Source of the DNA: a virus
Taxonomy: Duplodnaviria > Caudoviricetes
Length of the DNA: 64,000 bases
Virus record (IMG/VR): IMGVR_UViG_2910013374_000001
Span: 42,485-106,484 of that record
Reading direction: 5' to 3' (one strand)
The notes below the pieces were generated by a model. That model did no database searches, was not told the DNA's origin, and was given only the letters and a program-made list of their open reading frames with translations. Below are positions 36,801 through 45,129 of the stretch, one piece after another. Position numbers and translations under genes: made by a program. Each line of letters starts with the position of its first letter. Position 1 is the stretch's first letter.

Positions 36801-38878
36801 ATGCTTGCATCAACCAAGACATCGTCGATGGGGAGCTAGTTGACTCTTCACGATGTCAATCAGCAAGAAATAGTGCAGCGCAAGCTGATAAAAATCTACA
36901 GGACAACCTCGGATATCAACGCCAGCTTTCGCAACAGTTAAGGAACACGATTTACAGGCCTGCGGAATTCAAACAGGTCAGGAAATGCCAGTGTTGCGTT
37001 GATGGCATGTGTCGTCCTGAGGATGAGTGCACCTACGGAACTTGCTACCTCTGCGTCAAGAAACCGTCCAGCTACTTCCGGGCAGCTCTTTACACATCTG
37101 TTCTAGAGACTGAAGTCTGTACAGGTTGCACTGACCTGAATGGAAACACCCCTGCTCCTGGCGGCTGCACTATCGGGGAATTGGGCGAGGGATATAGCGG
37201 TGGAACGAATTCCGTTTATTTCAGCAGCGAGGAAGGGGACTGTGTGAAATACCGCTGCGAGGATGGCATCTCATGGGTGGATGAGCTTTGCACTGGAACC
37301 AATACTTCTTGGTATGACTACTGCTACGGATCAATCATTGGATGTGTCTTCTCCTGCCGTGACAATCCCAGCGGAGGCAACACCAGCTTCTACAACTATT
37401 GGAACGGTTGGAAATATGACATCGACTGCTCAGAGGCGGGCACGTATGCCTACAACAAGAACACAGAAGGCGATGGTGCAGATCCAAAGAAAGGCATTCG
37501 ACTAAGCAAACCTGAGGAGGATAAGTTCAAGACAGCTTGCGCTTATCCGAATCCGACCGGGTGTATCCAAGGTAATTGGCTCGTTAGATACACCTCCCTT
37601 GTTCAGATCCATCCCTGTTGCCATGAGGCAATCATCTATCACGAGTGCGATCCGGAGCATCCGAACTGCGCTGCAGGACTAGAGCTCCTGTTTGAAGCTG
37701 GCGACAAGACTGGGATCTTGAAGCGTCTGGAGGCTCAGATCAAGGCTCTGGAGAGATATCTTGAAAACCTCGACGAGGTGACGGAGCAACTCAAAGATCT
37801 CAAGGATGTTACGGACAGAGATATTGAGCAGCTTGAAAGAGATCTGGAAAATGCAGAGATTGATGATGACAAACTTGAAGATGATTTGATCAATGCGGAG
37901 GGCTTTATTCCACAGATTGAGGCCGATATAAAAAATCAAGAGCCCAAGGTTGAGAGTGCTACAGAGAAGCGAGATGAAGAATCAGAACAGCTTGAGGAGA
38001 GCAAGGATAAGATTGAAGAGTTGTCGATCGAGAAGGACGAACTAACAGAAGTGCTGACTATTCTCGAAGAAGACTTGGAGAACGCTCAGTCCAACAAAAA
38101 TAGTTCTAAAGCAGCGGCGGAACGCAAACGGAAGGAACTAATAAAGTTGAAGAATCAGCTAGCTATTCTTGGTCAAACAATTGTTGACTACGGCTGCGAA
38201 TGTCCAGGCGATTCCGATTGCGGCGAGCTTCCCAATGCTGACAGTCTTGAATGCTTCAATCTCCTGGAGGAACGTGAAGCATTGGAGATTCGGGCTGATG
38301 AAGTTGAATCAGAAAAGGATTTTCTAGAAGGTGAACGAGATTCCTATGCGGATGAGGAAGCAGAAATCAAAGTTGAAATAAAGCCGATCAAAGATGAAAT
38401 CAAGGAGCTCGAAAAGAAAATCAGCATAGAGCAGAGAAACTATCAAGTTTATTACAAGATTCTTGCCGATGCTCAGTACAAGCTTGATGAGGCGATTGCC
38501 GAGCTTGGATCCCTCAACAATGAACTCCTATCTACAAATCAAGAGGTCATCCGCCTCACTAAGCTTCTAGAAAGGGACGTGGTCCTCGACGAAGTTGGAG
38601 ATATCGAGGAACAGATTGCCAAGAAAGAAGAAATCCTTTCCAATATCGAAAACAGCAATCAAGAAATTGCAAACGAGAAGACCGAATCTGAATCAGAACT
38701 TTCTGCGAAAGAGTCTGAGTTCGACCGCTTGAAAGATGAGCTCGATGTCCCTGTTGTTCCCGAAGCCTCTGGCCCTCCTGCGGAAGGGAAGACCATGAAG
38801 GAGCTCAACGAGGAGTACAAGGAGGTGATTGAGGAAGATAAGAAGAAGGGAGAGGACAAGTGGTATCCAGGGCGCTAG
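30842..38878 (+). CDS. Giant cysteine-rich repeat protein (2678 aa) with C-terminal acidic coiled coil
   Basis: Dozens of C-x2-D-x-DC-x2-G-x2-C-x2-G-x-C modules; heptad-rich E/K/L C-terminus; no signal peptide visible. Confidence 0.9.
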   Translation: MSTERDLLNDLLRIQGEIRAMEQEEYELSYEEPDPGQRHGGIDGSDTYEQRSGLNYTDSSPASIPPGTLIVESPADDPGGLIFADHPRPQKNKDGSWTDAPCTNGVSCAGSDFCYSDYECDRCSQCVNSQCVEIDPNRPCNSNADCPCAPSEDQSYVCENTQCKLTCAETPDCPLGQACNLDSFLCEPGCESDDACDPSSSNAAPDAKSNSICVNFECVRPCEPDLICKGPNDTTTCPEGSYCGERVGKAQGDGDGEIYACLDGCSKNEQCQPEIFTERCDTDVDPDCSDKSYAYETFCVDNSCVRPCNGNEDCPTDFGYGCVAGICESIGFICVGDGDCGDGEYCNGDGRCSSGCTGDIDCRKECPALSECVSTCPPEPSCSCLTIYGEDSLCDPNDDSWKQFCERDPACLGRCPRDPGCLESFNPNAVCDQNTCITPCPCEEGYKCEEVEGRSPRCVSVTSRSTIEKCWEWTEETVDADGNIEIVEFRECAFISPKLDEDFYGCECGELCTKQGTCAPGVCSVDSDCESCSYCDDGVCVPGCDSENPCAAGKCCQNDGKCHLLCGSDSDCPDPEMCLAGGCCGIACEPIVTCNQKSDCPEGSYCSGAGICEAGCQEQSDCENGEICFQFGCEQSCGAGCLDGTICGPDGFCISTPKPPCSNDNDCTDGICLDGSCNSNGCRTDSECGRYGICSGQTCTNYCLDDAECASLNTETEDSRCQRDTGSQEEIRQRYERLKWMEANGQNPDPQELQRYTALFNNLTKAGKCALQPSGIDSPDGRTGCECYENCDEQGRCSRSVCANTGDCECGDCLTDNKCGYCRRDQDCKNSQVCDIAEGESDGVCATPCIPASPCGSDGDCPADSYCRPDAFGRTEEEGGGAQCTQGCRSDASCLPGQKCYDNRCLPTCSSGSDCNTDTELCLRGVCVEVGYSCLSDSDCPSSEGWCLNGYCAEDIRCSGDEDCSSSEVCNPATSMCEQGDRCSSSSDCKRTCESDLDCGNKQCESAADCTEPGQTCKQFGSVGICVGGSDYGACSSGLCIGGSSDNRYCDTRGVCQQGEACNSDSDCNFPKSCYNGGCQFKRRCNGDSQCQQGEFCDAGFCAGDNRCDGDYDCVEGYACNQSGRCFNDDQRVTAIEIGCEDCQICNPTTFRCGNEVCPGDGDNGDNGDECLSDSDCEAGKCVCDGSGEDRSCQCIECRNDQDCADAYGSGDLVCVENVCETPCYTGLSTGDCFTGLFYGDTCGNCPDKCPGNAVCTEVDKVCGTYEIFVEGKAYTRPILCKECVGNCQADSDCPDDSICSNSGATSGQCVSFDGTCDTDLDCQRFNSKFGESMYCMNNKCEVGETCIGSSDCSGQELCGGEGFCRKGVCLEDEDCGGGRTCVFGACEFTCEVQALVCECSLDPYSPGILCPEGYNCNCDTNLCSREGYPGIEPTMDAESCPSGTFCDTARKGCRPFIQGQLECFTDAGCFGAKTCEKGLCVSRDEFGEEVPDPDLGDNRDNAKAADNCEPLDKCCNDEGFCDDCPCDDEHPCQEGCCDPESGLCIDFNEHPQTELGAPESCTFGEVYCEVLGPEGDPLDVVVLGKGKGYQGCEFVYEDEDGIPLKDGERRKVCWSGADLSSAQTYKLLVQECKAEQEEDKECECDEVPPEEDECFRNKDCGNCMVCRSKTWQSTPCCPVADEAGNDSVTRNLCRAVNGTFEEEAPDEDEECGCLSASDCGPCEACNFNGLNGEEGRCVAKCEELCPDGGELSTGGKCPTCEERFGKCVEGVSATVKPAGVDPETGQAVPAVTKSTCQVKDANQCCSGFSTPEEAGKKRDSCELKTETDQNGNLETIEVPWCIDFDAGICAGCTEDSHCSGNKTCRGYQCVVQCGQENAVDPEAGDCSCCTDDGQCKELYENWTESRASGDEGQTRPCSCTQNGIDCAPYQEAESCYAWVRVDGGEGGDGDQAKADRDKNLEQLDEYEKQEPLLRFDLEDALAAVPDACINQDIVDGELVDSSRCQSARNSAAQADKNLQDNLGYQRQLSQQLRNTIYRPAEFKQVRKCQCCVDGMCRPEDECTYGTCYLCVKKPSSYFRAALYTSVLETEVCTGCTDLNGNTPAPGGCTIGELGEGYSGGTNSVYFSSEEGDCVKYRCEDGISWVDELCTGTNTSWYDYCYGSIIGCVFSCRDNPSGGNTSFYNYWNGWKYDIDCSEAGTYAYNKNTEGDGADPKKGIRLSKPEEDKFKTACAYPNPTGCIQGNWLVRYTSLVQIHPCCHEAIIYHECDPEHPNCAAGLELLFEAGDKTGILKRLEAQIKALERYLENLDEVTEQLKDLKDVTDRDIEQLERDLENAEIDDDKLEDDLINAEGFIPQIEADIKNQEPKVESATEKRDEESEQLEESKDKIEELSIEKDELTEVLTILEEDLENAQSNKNSSKAAAERKRKELIKLKNQLAILGQTIVDYGCECPGDSDCGELPNADSLECFNLLEEREALEIRADEVESEKDFLEGERDSYADEEAEIKVEIKPIKDEIKELEKKISIEQRNYQVYYKILADAQYKLDEAIAELGSLNNELLSTNQEVIRLTKLLERDVVLDEVGDIEEQIAKKEEILSNIENSNQEIANEKTESESELSAKESEFDRLKDELDVPVVPEASGPPAEGKTMKELNEEYKEVIEEDKKKGEDKWYPGR

Positions 38879-38914
38879 TGGGTCGGAACACTCAGGCGCT
38901 TCTGACTCGTTTCC

Positions 38915-39475
38915 ATGCAGACCCCTGATTGGACTCACTTCCGCTCAGCGGACACCGACCCCGCCGGCCCCGCATGTCTGCTTGCGACCAGCTTCAGCTT
39001 GAGCGAACTACCTAAGAACTACATCTGGACAATTGGCTATATCGGCCAATGGCTTGGCCCTGAAGAGGCTGAGATCAACGCGCAGGTCAAGTCCTATTCA
39101 AGGGAGTACTTGATCCAGAGGGCTGAGGAGCTTGAGTCCAAAAAGAACGAAGCAGTGCAGAAGCAGCAACAGCTAGAAGCATTGCGACAACAGAGAAACA
39201 GCGAGCTGGACCGCCTCACCAAAGCGAACCTCGGTTTCAAAGATGAAGATGCCATCAAGCAGAGGGTCGAAGCGGGTCCGTTGAAGATGGCTCGAAGCCT
39301 GGTGAAGTCGGCCGCTGACCTGGCGACGGGCGGTGTTACCGATCCAACCGCTCGGATGGAGATCTGCAACACCTGCCCTTTCAAGGGTGACGATCAACGC
39401 TGCGGCAAGTGTGGCTGCTTCTTACCTGCCAAGACCAGGGTCAAGAAATCAAGCTGCCCGATCGGCCGTTGGTAG
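38915..39475 (+). CDS. Protein with C-terminal six-Cys DUF6171-like domain
   Basis: RMEICNTC...CGKCGCF...K......CPIGRW. Confidence 0.72.
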   Translation: MQTPDWTHFRSADTDPAGPACLLATSFSLSELPKNYIWTIGYIGQWLGPEEAEINAQVKSYSREYLIQRAEELESKKNEAVQKQQQLEALRQQRNSELDRLTKANLGFKDEDAIKQRVEAGPLKMARSLVKSAADLATGGVTDPTARMEICNTCPFKGDDQRCGKCGCFLPAKTRVKKSSCPIGRW

Positions 39476-39513
39476 GCGCGGAACCCTAGGCGGATTCTTG
39501 GTTCCAGACGGTT

Positions 39514-42500
39514 GTGGCAAAGCTCGATCAGATACTCCTGAAGACGAGCAACCTGAGCCAGAGGGATCTGATAGATACCCTCGAAGGTAGAGGGAGAGAT
39601 AGTCGAAATAGAATTGAAAAAGGCGAGACCGTTCTTCGCTATACCGGTGCTGGCAGGCTCGGCCCGGAAGGCGAGACGGTAAACGAGTCCCCTGGTCAAG
39701 TCGAATTCTGGACAGTCAACGACAGCGAGGAAGCTGTTCAGATCTACGTGGATTTCGGAGCTGAGATTCCGCCTTGGTCGACCTCCGAGCTGCAAGAAGC
39801 CAGCATCGGTCTCCTGAAGGACGTCGACATCCTCGATGGCGCCAGCGGCGGCGAGCTATTGCTGCAAGCTGGCAAGGTTCTCACCTGGGACGGCGCCAAG
39901 CTTGTGCTGCGCGATCCACCAGGGGTAGGGGAAGGCGCCAAGATCCTTGAGTCCCTGAACAATGTTGGTGACGTCAACTATGGCTTTTACGCAATATCCC
40001 TGAACAAGTTTGGACCTGAGGGTGGCGACATTCTCCTCTACAAGTTCAACAACCTGTCCTCAAAATATGAATGGGCACCGACCAAGTTTGAGATCGATCT
40101 GTTCGATGAATTCACGACCCGGAATCGGTTTCTCGTCTTCAACAGGACTGTCCACAAGGGCATCGAGTTTGGGAATCTCACATCTACTGCGACGTCATCT
40201 GCGCGTTTCTCGGACGCTGGCGGGGCATCCATGCTCTTCAACCAGTACAGAGGTAGGAATCTCAGCAACCGAATCCATGGCGTCGAAGCCAGTTCTTTCG
40301 GTTCCATCAATCTGTCAGTCCGAGACGGTGAAGACATCGTCATCAAACTTGGGGATGGCTATGCAAACAATGAAGGAAAACCTGGCGCTCTTAGATACGA
40401 GCGGATCGATGATGTTCCTTTAACTATTACTGACGAGAGATACTTCGCCACGCTCAAGCACGTCAATCAAGCGATACGTGATTCGGACCTTAACTTCCTC
40501 AACAACGTCAATGACACTGGGATCATTCAGGGACAGGTTTTGTCCTGGGATGCGATCAGACAGGAATACATCCCAACATCGGGGATCGCTCCAGACCTTT
40601 CTCAGGCTTCGATCGAGAGCCTCGAAGACGTCAATGCTCAAGCCAAGGGTCGCGGCAAGCCCCTGACCTGGAACGACACAGATAACACTTGGATCCCTGA
40701 GACTTTGAGGTCGAGAGATCTTGAGTGGGACTACAACCCAGAAGGTTTTGGCAATGGGGTTTTCTCAGAAGATGATCCTCTTGGAGAGGGTTATTGCGAA
40801 GAATGCAAGGAAGAGACTCTCGGCCAATTCACGGTTGCCAGAAACAAGGCTTATGTCTGCCTGAGAACTAGAGATCTCAATTCCAGTACGGGGAATTTCG
40901 AATCCACCTATGACTGGGTCAAGATCCTGGTCGACGGCTACAACCTGACCGAAAATCGCCGTCAATACGCTCCGAACGAGTACAGGCAGGCCTATGGCTT
41001 CGAGAAGCGAAGGGATGCCCTTTCTCCGGCTGCCTACGAGGGAACTCTTGGATCGCTAGCCAACGTCAGTACTGCTGACGTTTTCCCAGGTGCTGCTCCT
41101 ATCTACAACGCCTCGACGTCCTCCTTCGAGATGGGCTTCCCGGCTCTAGACCTGCAGAGCTATTCGGTAGGAGCGCTCGGCGATGTCAATCTCACCGGCG
41201 CTGGTGTGGGCTACGGACTGCTGTGGAACGGCGAGCAGTGGTACGCCAGCAGCCTGGACCAGAAAGTACGACTTGATGATCTTCAGGATGTTCAATTTGG
41301 ATCCTTAGGTGTTACCAACACCAAGATGGTTGCGGCGTTCATGCTTACGGACTCCCCGGCACTTGGCCCTACTTTTGTTTACAACCAAGACGTCTCTACG
41401 ACCCTCGCTGTTTCGACTCCAAAGGACAGCTACTTCCCAGGTTCCACGGCCTACGCCCGCTGGGGAGAAAATGCTTTTGGTGGTGGTCAAGCTCCTACTC
41501 AAGGTGGAACCTATTTCTTCAACTGGAGATCTCAGCCACCGATGTCAGTGGCCGAGATTCTTGACCTCTACATTCGCTGGCCGAAGGACAACTCCTGGCA
41601 GACGATCGACGGTGATGGTGTCATCGAGCTGTACTTCTATCCAACGCAGCTCCTCGACACCAGGACACTTTTCCGTCGCGTTTCTCTGCTCCCAGGCACC
41701 GGCGGCTACATCCTGCAACTCGATCAGACAGGCGCCTTGCGCTTTGCCGTGTCAGCACCTTCCGGCGAGATTGGCTTCACGATTTCAACGGTTTCCAACT
41801 TCATCTCGACTAACAACTGGCACCACGTCGCTCTTGTTAAAGAGGGAGCATCCAACAGGATGTATGTCGACGGGGATCTTGTAGGCGAGGCCCTAAGCAC
41901 CACCCCTTGGACAGGTGACGACATGTTCGTCATGGGTCGGAACGACCTCGATGACAACAATGTTCTGACGCATCATTTCTTCCGTGGTGTCATGTCTGAC
42001 CTGAGGGTCACCAAAGGACGCAGCAAATACAGCGGAAACTCTTATTCGCAGCCTGCATCAATCGAAGCTGAGATTATTGACACCACCCCGAATGCTGGCG
42101 ATTTTCTTAGTTACGACGGCACAAGGTGGACCAATGTTTCTGGCGTTGAGGGCGACATCAGCAACAAGTCGATCAATGAACTTGCAGATGTAGATACCGG
42201 CACCAACGACCCAGCACAGGGTGATGCCTTGGTCTGGACTGGCGCAGCCTGGGAGCCTGGCATTCCTGGCATTGGCGCCACGTGGTCGTTGAACGACATG
42301 ACAGATGTCGAGACCTTCTATCAATCAGGAACTCCTTCGATTCGCTTCTCTCAGGCCGAGAAGCTCAATTTCAGCAATGCCTTCAATGCAAGTGATGACG
42401 GGGGCTCGATAAGCCAGGCCCGCCAGGGGAACCAGTCCTTCGGGATTGTGACCCAGTGGAACGACTGCAGTCATGTGTGCGGGTCAGGAAGCCCCTGCGG

Positions 42501-45129
42501 GAACGACGGCCCGTACGCCAACGGCAGCACTTCTTACATCATGCCCACGAACAAGGGGCAGGTGATCGTCCGAGCTGAGCGGATGACGATCTCCAACGTC
42601 TTCCAGGATTGCAAGCTCGTTCCAGACACTTATCACGAGGATGCCCTTCACTACGCCGGTTGCCCCGATCGAGGAGAAAGTGATGGAAATGATCTTCCAG
42701 GAACCGTTCCGGAGACCTATATCCCCGCCTGGGGTGTCATCCAGGACCACGTTGACGAGATCCTGCCCTACGGCAAGCTCCGCCAGCTAGGCGATGTCGC
42801 GGCGACGCTTCCCACCCTTGGTCAAGCCCTGGCATGGAATGGTGTCGAGTGGGCTCCTACCAGCACGATCGCTGCAGATGTCTCGAATAACGAGCTGAAT
42901 GATCTGGGCAATGTTGATTGCTTAAGCGCTGTTCTCGACGACTTCCTGGTTTACGACGGTCAGTCCTGGAGGAATACACCCTTCAATGTGCAACTCCGTG
43001 ATCTCACGGACATGAGCGTTGAACGGTTCTATGTCGACGAACCGTTCAATACAACGAACATGAGGAATCCGCCTCGTGTCATCAACAACGTTGACCAGAA
43101 CGATCGACTCAGTGATGGGCTCATCTCAAGTGGATACAGAGGGATGCAGTGGGCCGGTGGTGCATCGGTCGCCACTCACGAAAACAAGACCACAACTCTT
43201 ACCTCGGGCAAACAGACAGGAACCCAGGTGCCGAATTGGACCTGGATCGAGCTGAATTCGTATTTCATACGCTTTGCCGGACATGGCCAGAACTGGGGAA
43301 GCCAGGGCTTACTGATCGGTGACAACCTGCTGATCAGGTACGAGAACCAAAACCGCGACCTCAATGACTATGGGCTTTTTGATGTAGCACCTAAAGGCGT
43401 TCTAGTCGATTACATCGACCTTGGACTAGCGAACCTTGACTTGTCACCAAATACGCTCGAGCAGCTCGGAAACGTCGATACCGCTGGAAAGGCTCCGGGC
43501 TATGCCCTTGTCTGGGATGGCACCAATTGGTCAGCTTCTCAAGGGGTAGCTGTTGACGTCAGCCTTACTTCTGTTGGCGAACTTCGTGACGTCACCAAGA
43601 CTGAGAATTCAGATCTAAGTACAAACGATGGGGTTCTGAGTTTTGATGTCGGCGAATTGCGCACGAATGCACCGCAAGAAAACCTTGGCGGCATCGAACT
43701 CACCAATGAGAACCGGACAGCACGGATCGGATGGTCTGGAGTCTGGGGCGGTTCTCCGATCATGGCCAACTCGGCCTATTCCTTGCTTCCTTCTTTTGTC
43801 CGCGTCCAAGAGCTGGAAATCCAGGTTCAAGCAGCTGGTGGTCTCCGTTACACCACCTCTCCTGGCTTAACCGACTCGACCATCCCTGCTTGGTCTCAGG
43901 TCAAGCAACAGATTGCAAGACAGGCGGCGGACTACACGGCGCTGTTCTTTATGGATGGCAACAGCTTCACTGAACGGAACTACGGCTGGCCGCTGGATGT
44001 TCAAGTCACGTCGCAGCCCAATCCGCAGTACTTCTCACCATTTGCTGATCAGTACTCATACAACCTGCGAAAAATCAACCAGGACAAGATCACGTGGTCC
44101 ACTGATGATGGCGCTCCTTTCCTTTGGAACACCGACACGCTTTGGTCAATGGAGATGTGGGTTTTCATCTCCGCGTCAGATGCCAGCGATGGGAAGCTTG
44201 AGTACATCCTGGCGCCGAAAGATAGAGGCTCGGGGCAATCCAAAGGGCTTCATATCGGCCTCTGCGGGGATCAACGAAACCTCTTTTTCTTCACTCTTGA
44301 CACTGCAAGCAATGAAAGTAACAGGCCCGCTAGCGGCTCTTTAACTGCTGAGGGCAACTTCGACGCTTGGAACCACGTTTATGTCGCGCACGAAGGTTCG
44401 GGCCGTCATCGCTTCTATCTCAACGGCCAGCTTGTCAATACGATTCAGCGAAACAGTGCCTTCACGATGCCTGGAGGCCTGGCTTTTGGTGGCCAGGAAA
44501 ATTCCAATGGTCAAAACGCTAACGGCTATCTAAGCGCCGCTTTAGATGACATTCGATTCACCAAGGGCTGGCTTCCTTACGCCACTGACACAAGCAATGT
44601 CCCGGTCCCTGTTGAACCGCTTCCCCCTGGTGCATGGAAAGCGGTCTTCGGCTCTCTTGACGCCTTGGAGGATGTCCAGTCCTCGGGGGCTTACGAGCCG
44701 TCCAACGGTCAGGTCCTGCAGTGGAACAACGTCGCTAAGGCTTGGAGGCCTGGACCTCTTGAAGCTGTCGCCTACGACGTCAGCTCCAACTCACTCACCG
44801 ACCTCGTAGACGTCGACACCACCAACTCGGTGCCCGACCAGGATGACGTTCTGCGCTGGGATGCTGCTCAAGCTGCCTGGCGTCGAAGCAAGGTCGATGG
44901 AAACGGAGGCATCACTCCCTTGGTGCAGCGAACTGCAACTCCTGGAGTTATCCCCAACCCTTCGATACTGAAGGCGGGTGAGCTGTTCTTGAACATGGCT
45001 GACCAAGTTCTCTACGCCCTGGACTCAGCTGGAGAGGCCTTCGCTTTTGCGACTGGTCAACTCGATGAGGACGGAATCCTCAGCGCAGTTGACACCACGT
45101 ACGACCGCGTGGTCGGAGGAACCTTCTGA
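39514..45129 (+). CDS. Long tail fibre with two LamG/ConA-like domains and LxDLxDV...LxW repeats
   Basis: WHHVALV...MYVDG...SDLRVTKG; WNHVYV...FYLNG...DDIRFTKG; ends VVGGTF. Confidence 0.82.
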   Translation: MAKLDQILLKTSNLSQRDLIDTLEGRGRDSRNRIEKGETVLRYTGAGRLGPEGETVNESPGQVEFWTVNDSEEAVQIYVDFGAEIPPWSTSELQEASIGLLKDVDILDGASGGELLLQAGKVLTWDGAKLVLRDPPGVGEGAKILESLNNVGDVNYGFYAISLNKFGPEGGDILLYKFNNLSSKYEWAPTKFEIDLFDEFTTRNRFLVFNRTVHKGIEFGNLTSTATSSARFSDAGGASMLFNQYRGRNLSNRIHGVEASSFGSINLSVRDGEDIVIKLGDGYANNEGKPGALRYERIDDVPLTITDERYFATLKHVNQAIRDSDLNFLNNVNDTGIIQGQVLSWDAIRQEYIPTSGIAPDLSQASIESLEDVNAQAKGRGKPLTWNDTDNTWIPETLRSRDLEWDYNPEGFGNGVFSEDDPLGEGYCEECKEETLGQFTVARNKAYVCLRTRDLNSSTGNFESTYDWVKILVDGYNLTENRRQYAPNEYRQAYGFEKRRDALSPAAYEGTLGSLANVSTADVFPGAAPIYNASTSSFEMGFPALDLQSYSVGALGDVNLTGAGVGYGLLWNGEQWYASSLDQKVRLDDLQDVQFGSLGVTNTKMVAAFMLTDSPALGPTFVYNQDVSTTLAVSTPKDSYFPGSTAYARWGENAFGGGQAPTQGGTYFFNWRSQPPMSVAEILDLYIRWPKDNSWQTIDGDGVIELYFYPTQLLDTRTLFRRVSLLPGTGGYILQLDQTGALRFAVSAPSGEIGFTISTVSNFISTNNWHHVALVKEGASNRMYVDGDLVGEALSTTPWTGDDMFVMGRNDLDDNNVLTHHFFRGVMSDLRVTKGRSKYSGNSYSQPASIEAEIIDTTPNAGDFLSYDGTRWTNVSGVEGDISNKSINELADVDTGTNDPAQGDALVWTGAAWEPGIPGIGATWSLNDMTDVETFYQSGTPSIRFSQAEKLNFSNAFNASDDGGSISQARQGNQSFGIVTQWNDCSHVCGSGSPCGNDGPYANGSTSYIMPTNKGQVIVRAERMTISNVFQDCKLVPDTYHEDALHYAGCPDRGESDGNDLPGTVPETYIPAWGVIQDHVDEILPYGKLRQLGDVAATLPTLGQALAWNGVEWAPTSTIAADVSNNELNDLGNVDCLSAVLDDFLVYDGQSWRNTPFNVQLRDLTDMSVERFYVDEPFNTTNMRNPPRVINNVDQNDRLSDGLISSGYRGMQWAGGASVATHENKTTTLTSGKQTGTQVPNWTWIELNSYFIRFAGHGQNWGSQGLLIGDNLLIRYENQNRDLNDYGLFDVAPKGVLVDYIDLGLANLDLSPNTLEQLGNVDTAGKAPGYALVWDGTNWSASQGVAVDVSLTSVGELRDVTKTENSDLSTNDGVLSFDVGELRTNAPQENLGGIELTNENRTARIGWSGVWGGSPIMANSAYSLLPSFVRVQELEIQVQAAGGLRYTTSPGLTDSTIPAWSQVKQQIARQAADYTALFFMDGNSFTERNYGWPLDVQVTSQPNPQYFSPFADQYSYNLRKINQDKITWSTDDGAPFLWNTDTLWSMEMWVFISASDASDGKLEYILAPKDRGSGQSKGLHIGLCGDQRNLFFFTLDTASNESNRPASGSLTAEGNFDAWNHVYVAHEGSGRHRFYLNGQLVNTIQRNSAFTMPGGLAFGGQENSNGQNANGYLSAALDDIRFTKGWLPYATDTSNVPVPVEPLPPGAWKAVFGSLDALEDVQSSGAYEPSNGQVLQWNNVAKAWRPGPLEAVAYDVSSNSLTDLVDVDTTNSVPDQDDVLRWDAAQAAWRRSKVDGNGGITPLVQRTATPGVIPNPSILKAGELFLNMADQVLYALDSAGEAFAFATGQLDEDGILSAVDTTYDRVVGGTF

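Noticed and set aside
38876-38915. Read-through from the Cys-rich giant into the in-frame 38915 gene
   Set aside because: An in-frame TGA intervenes and the downstream gene has its own CGGAACACT motif
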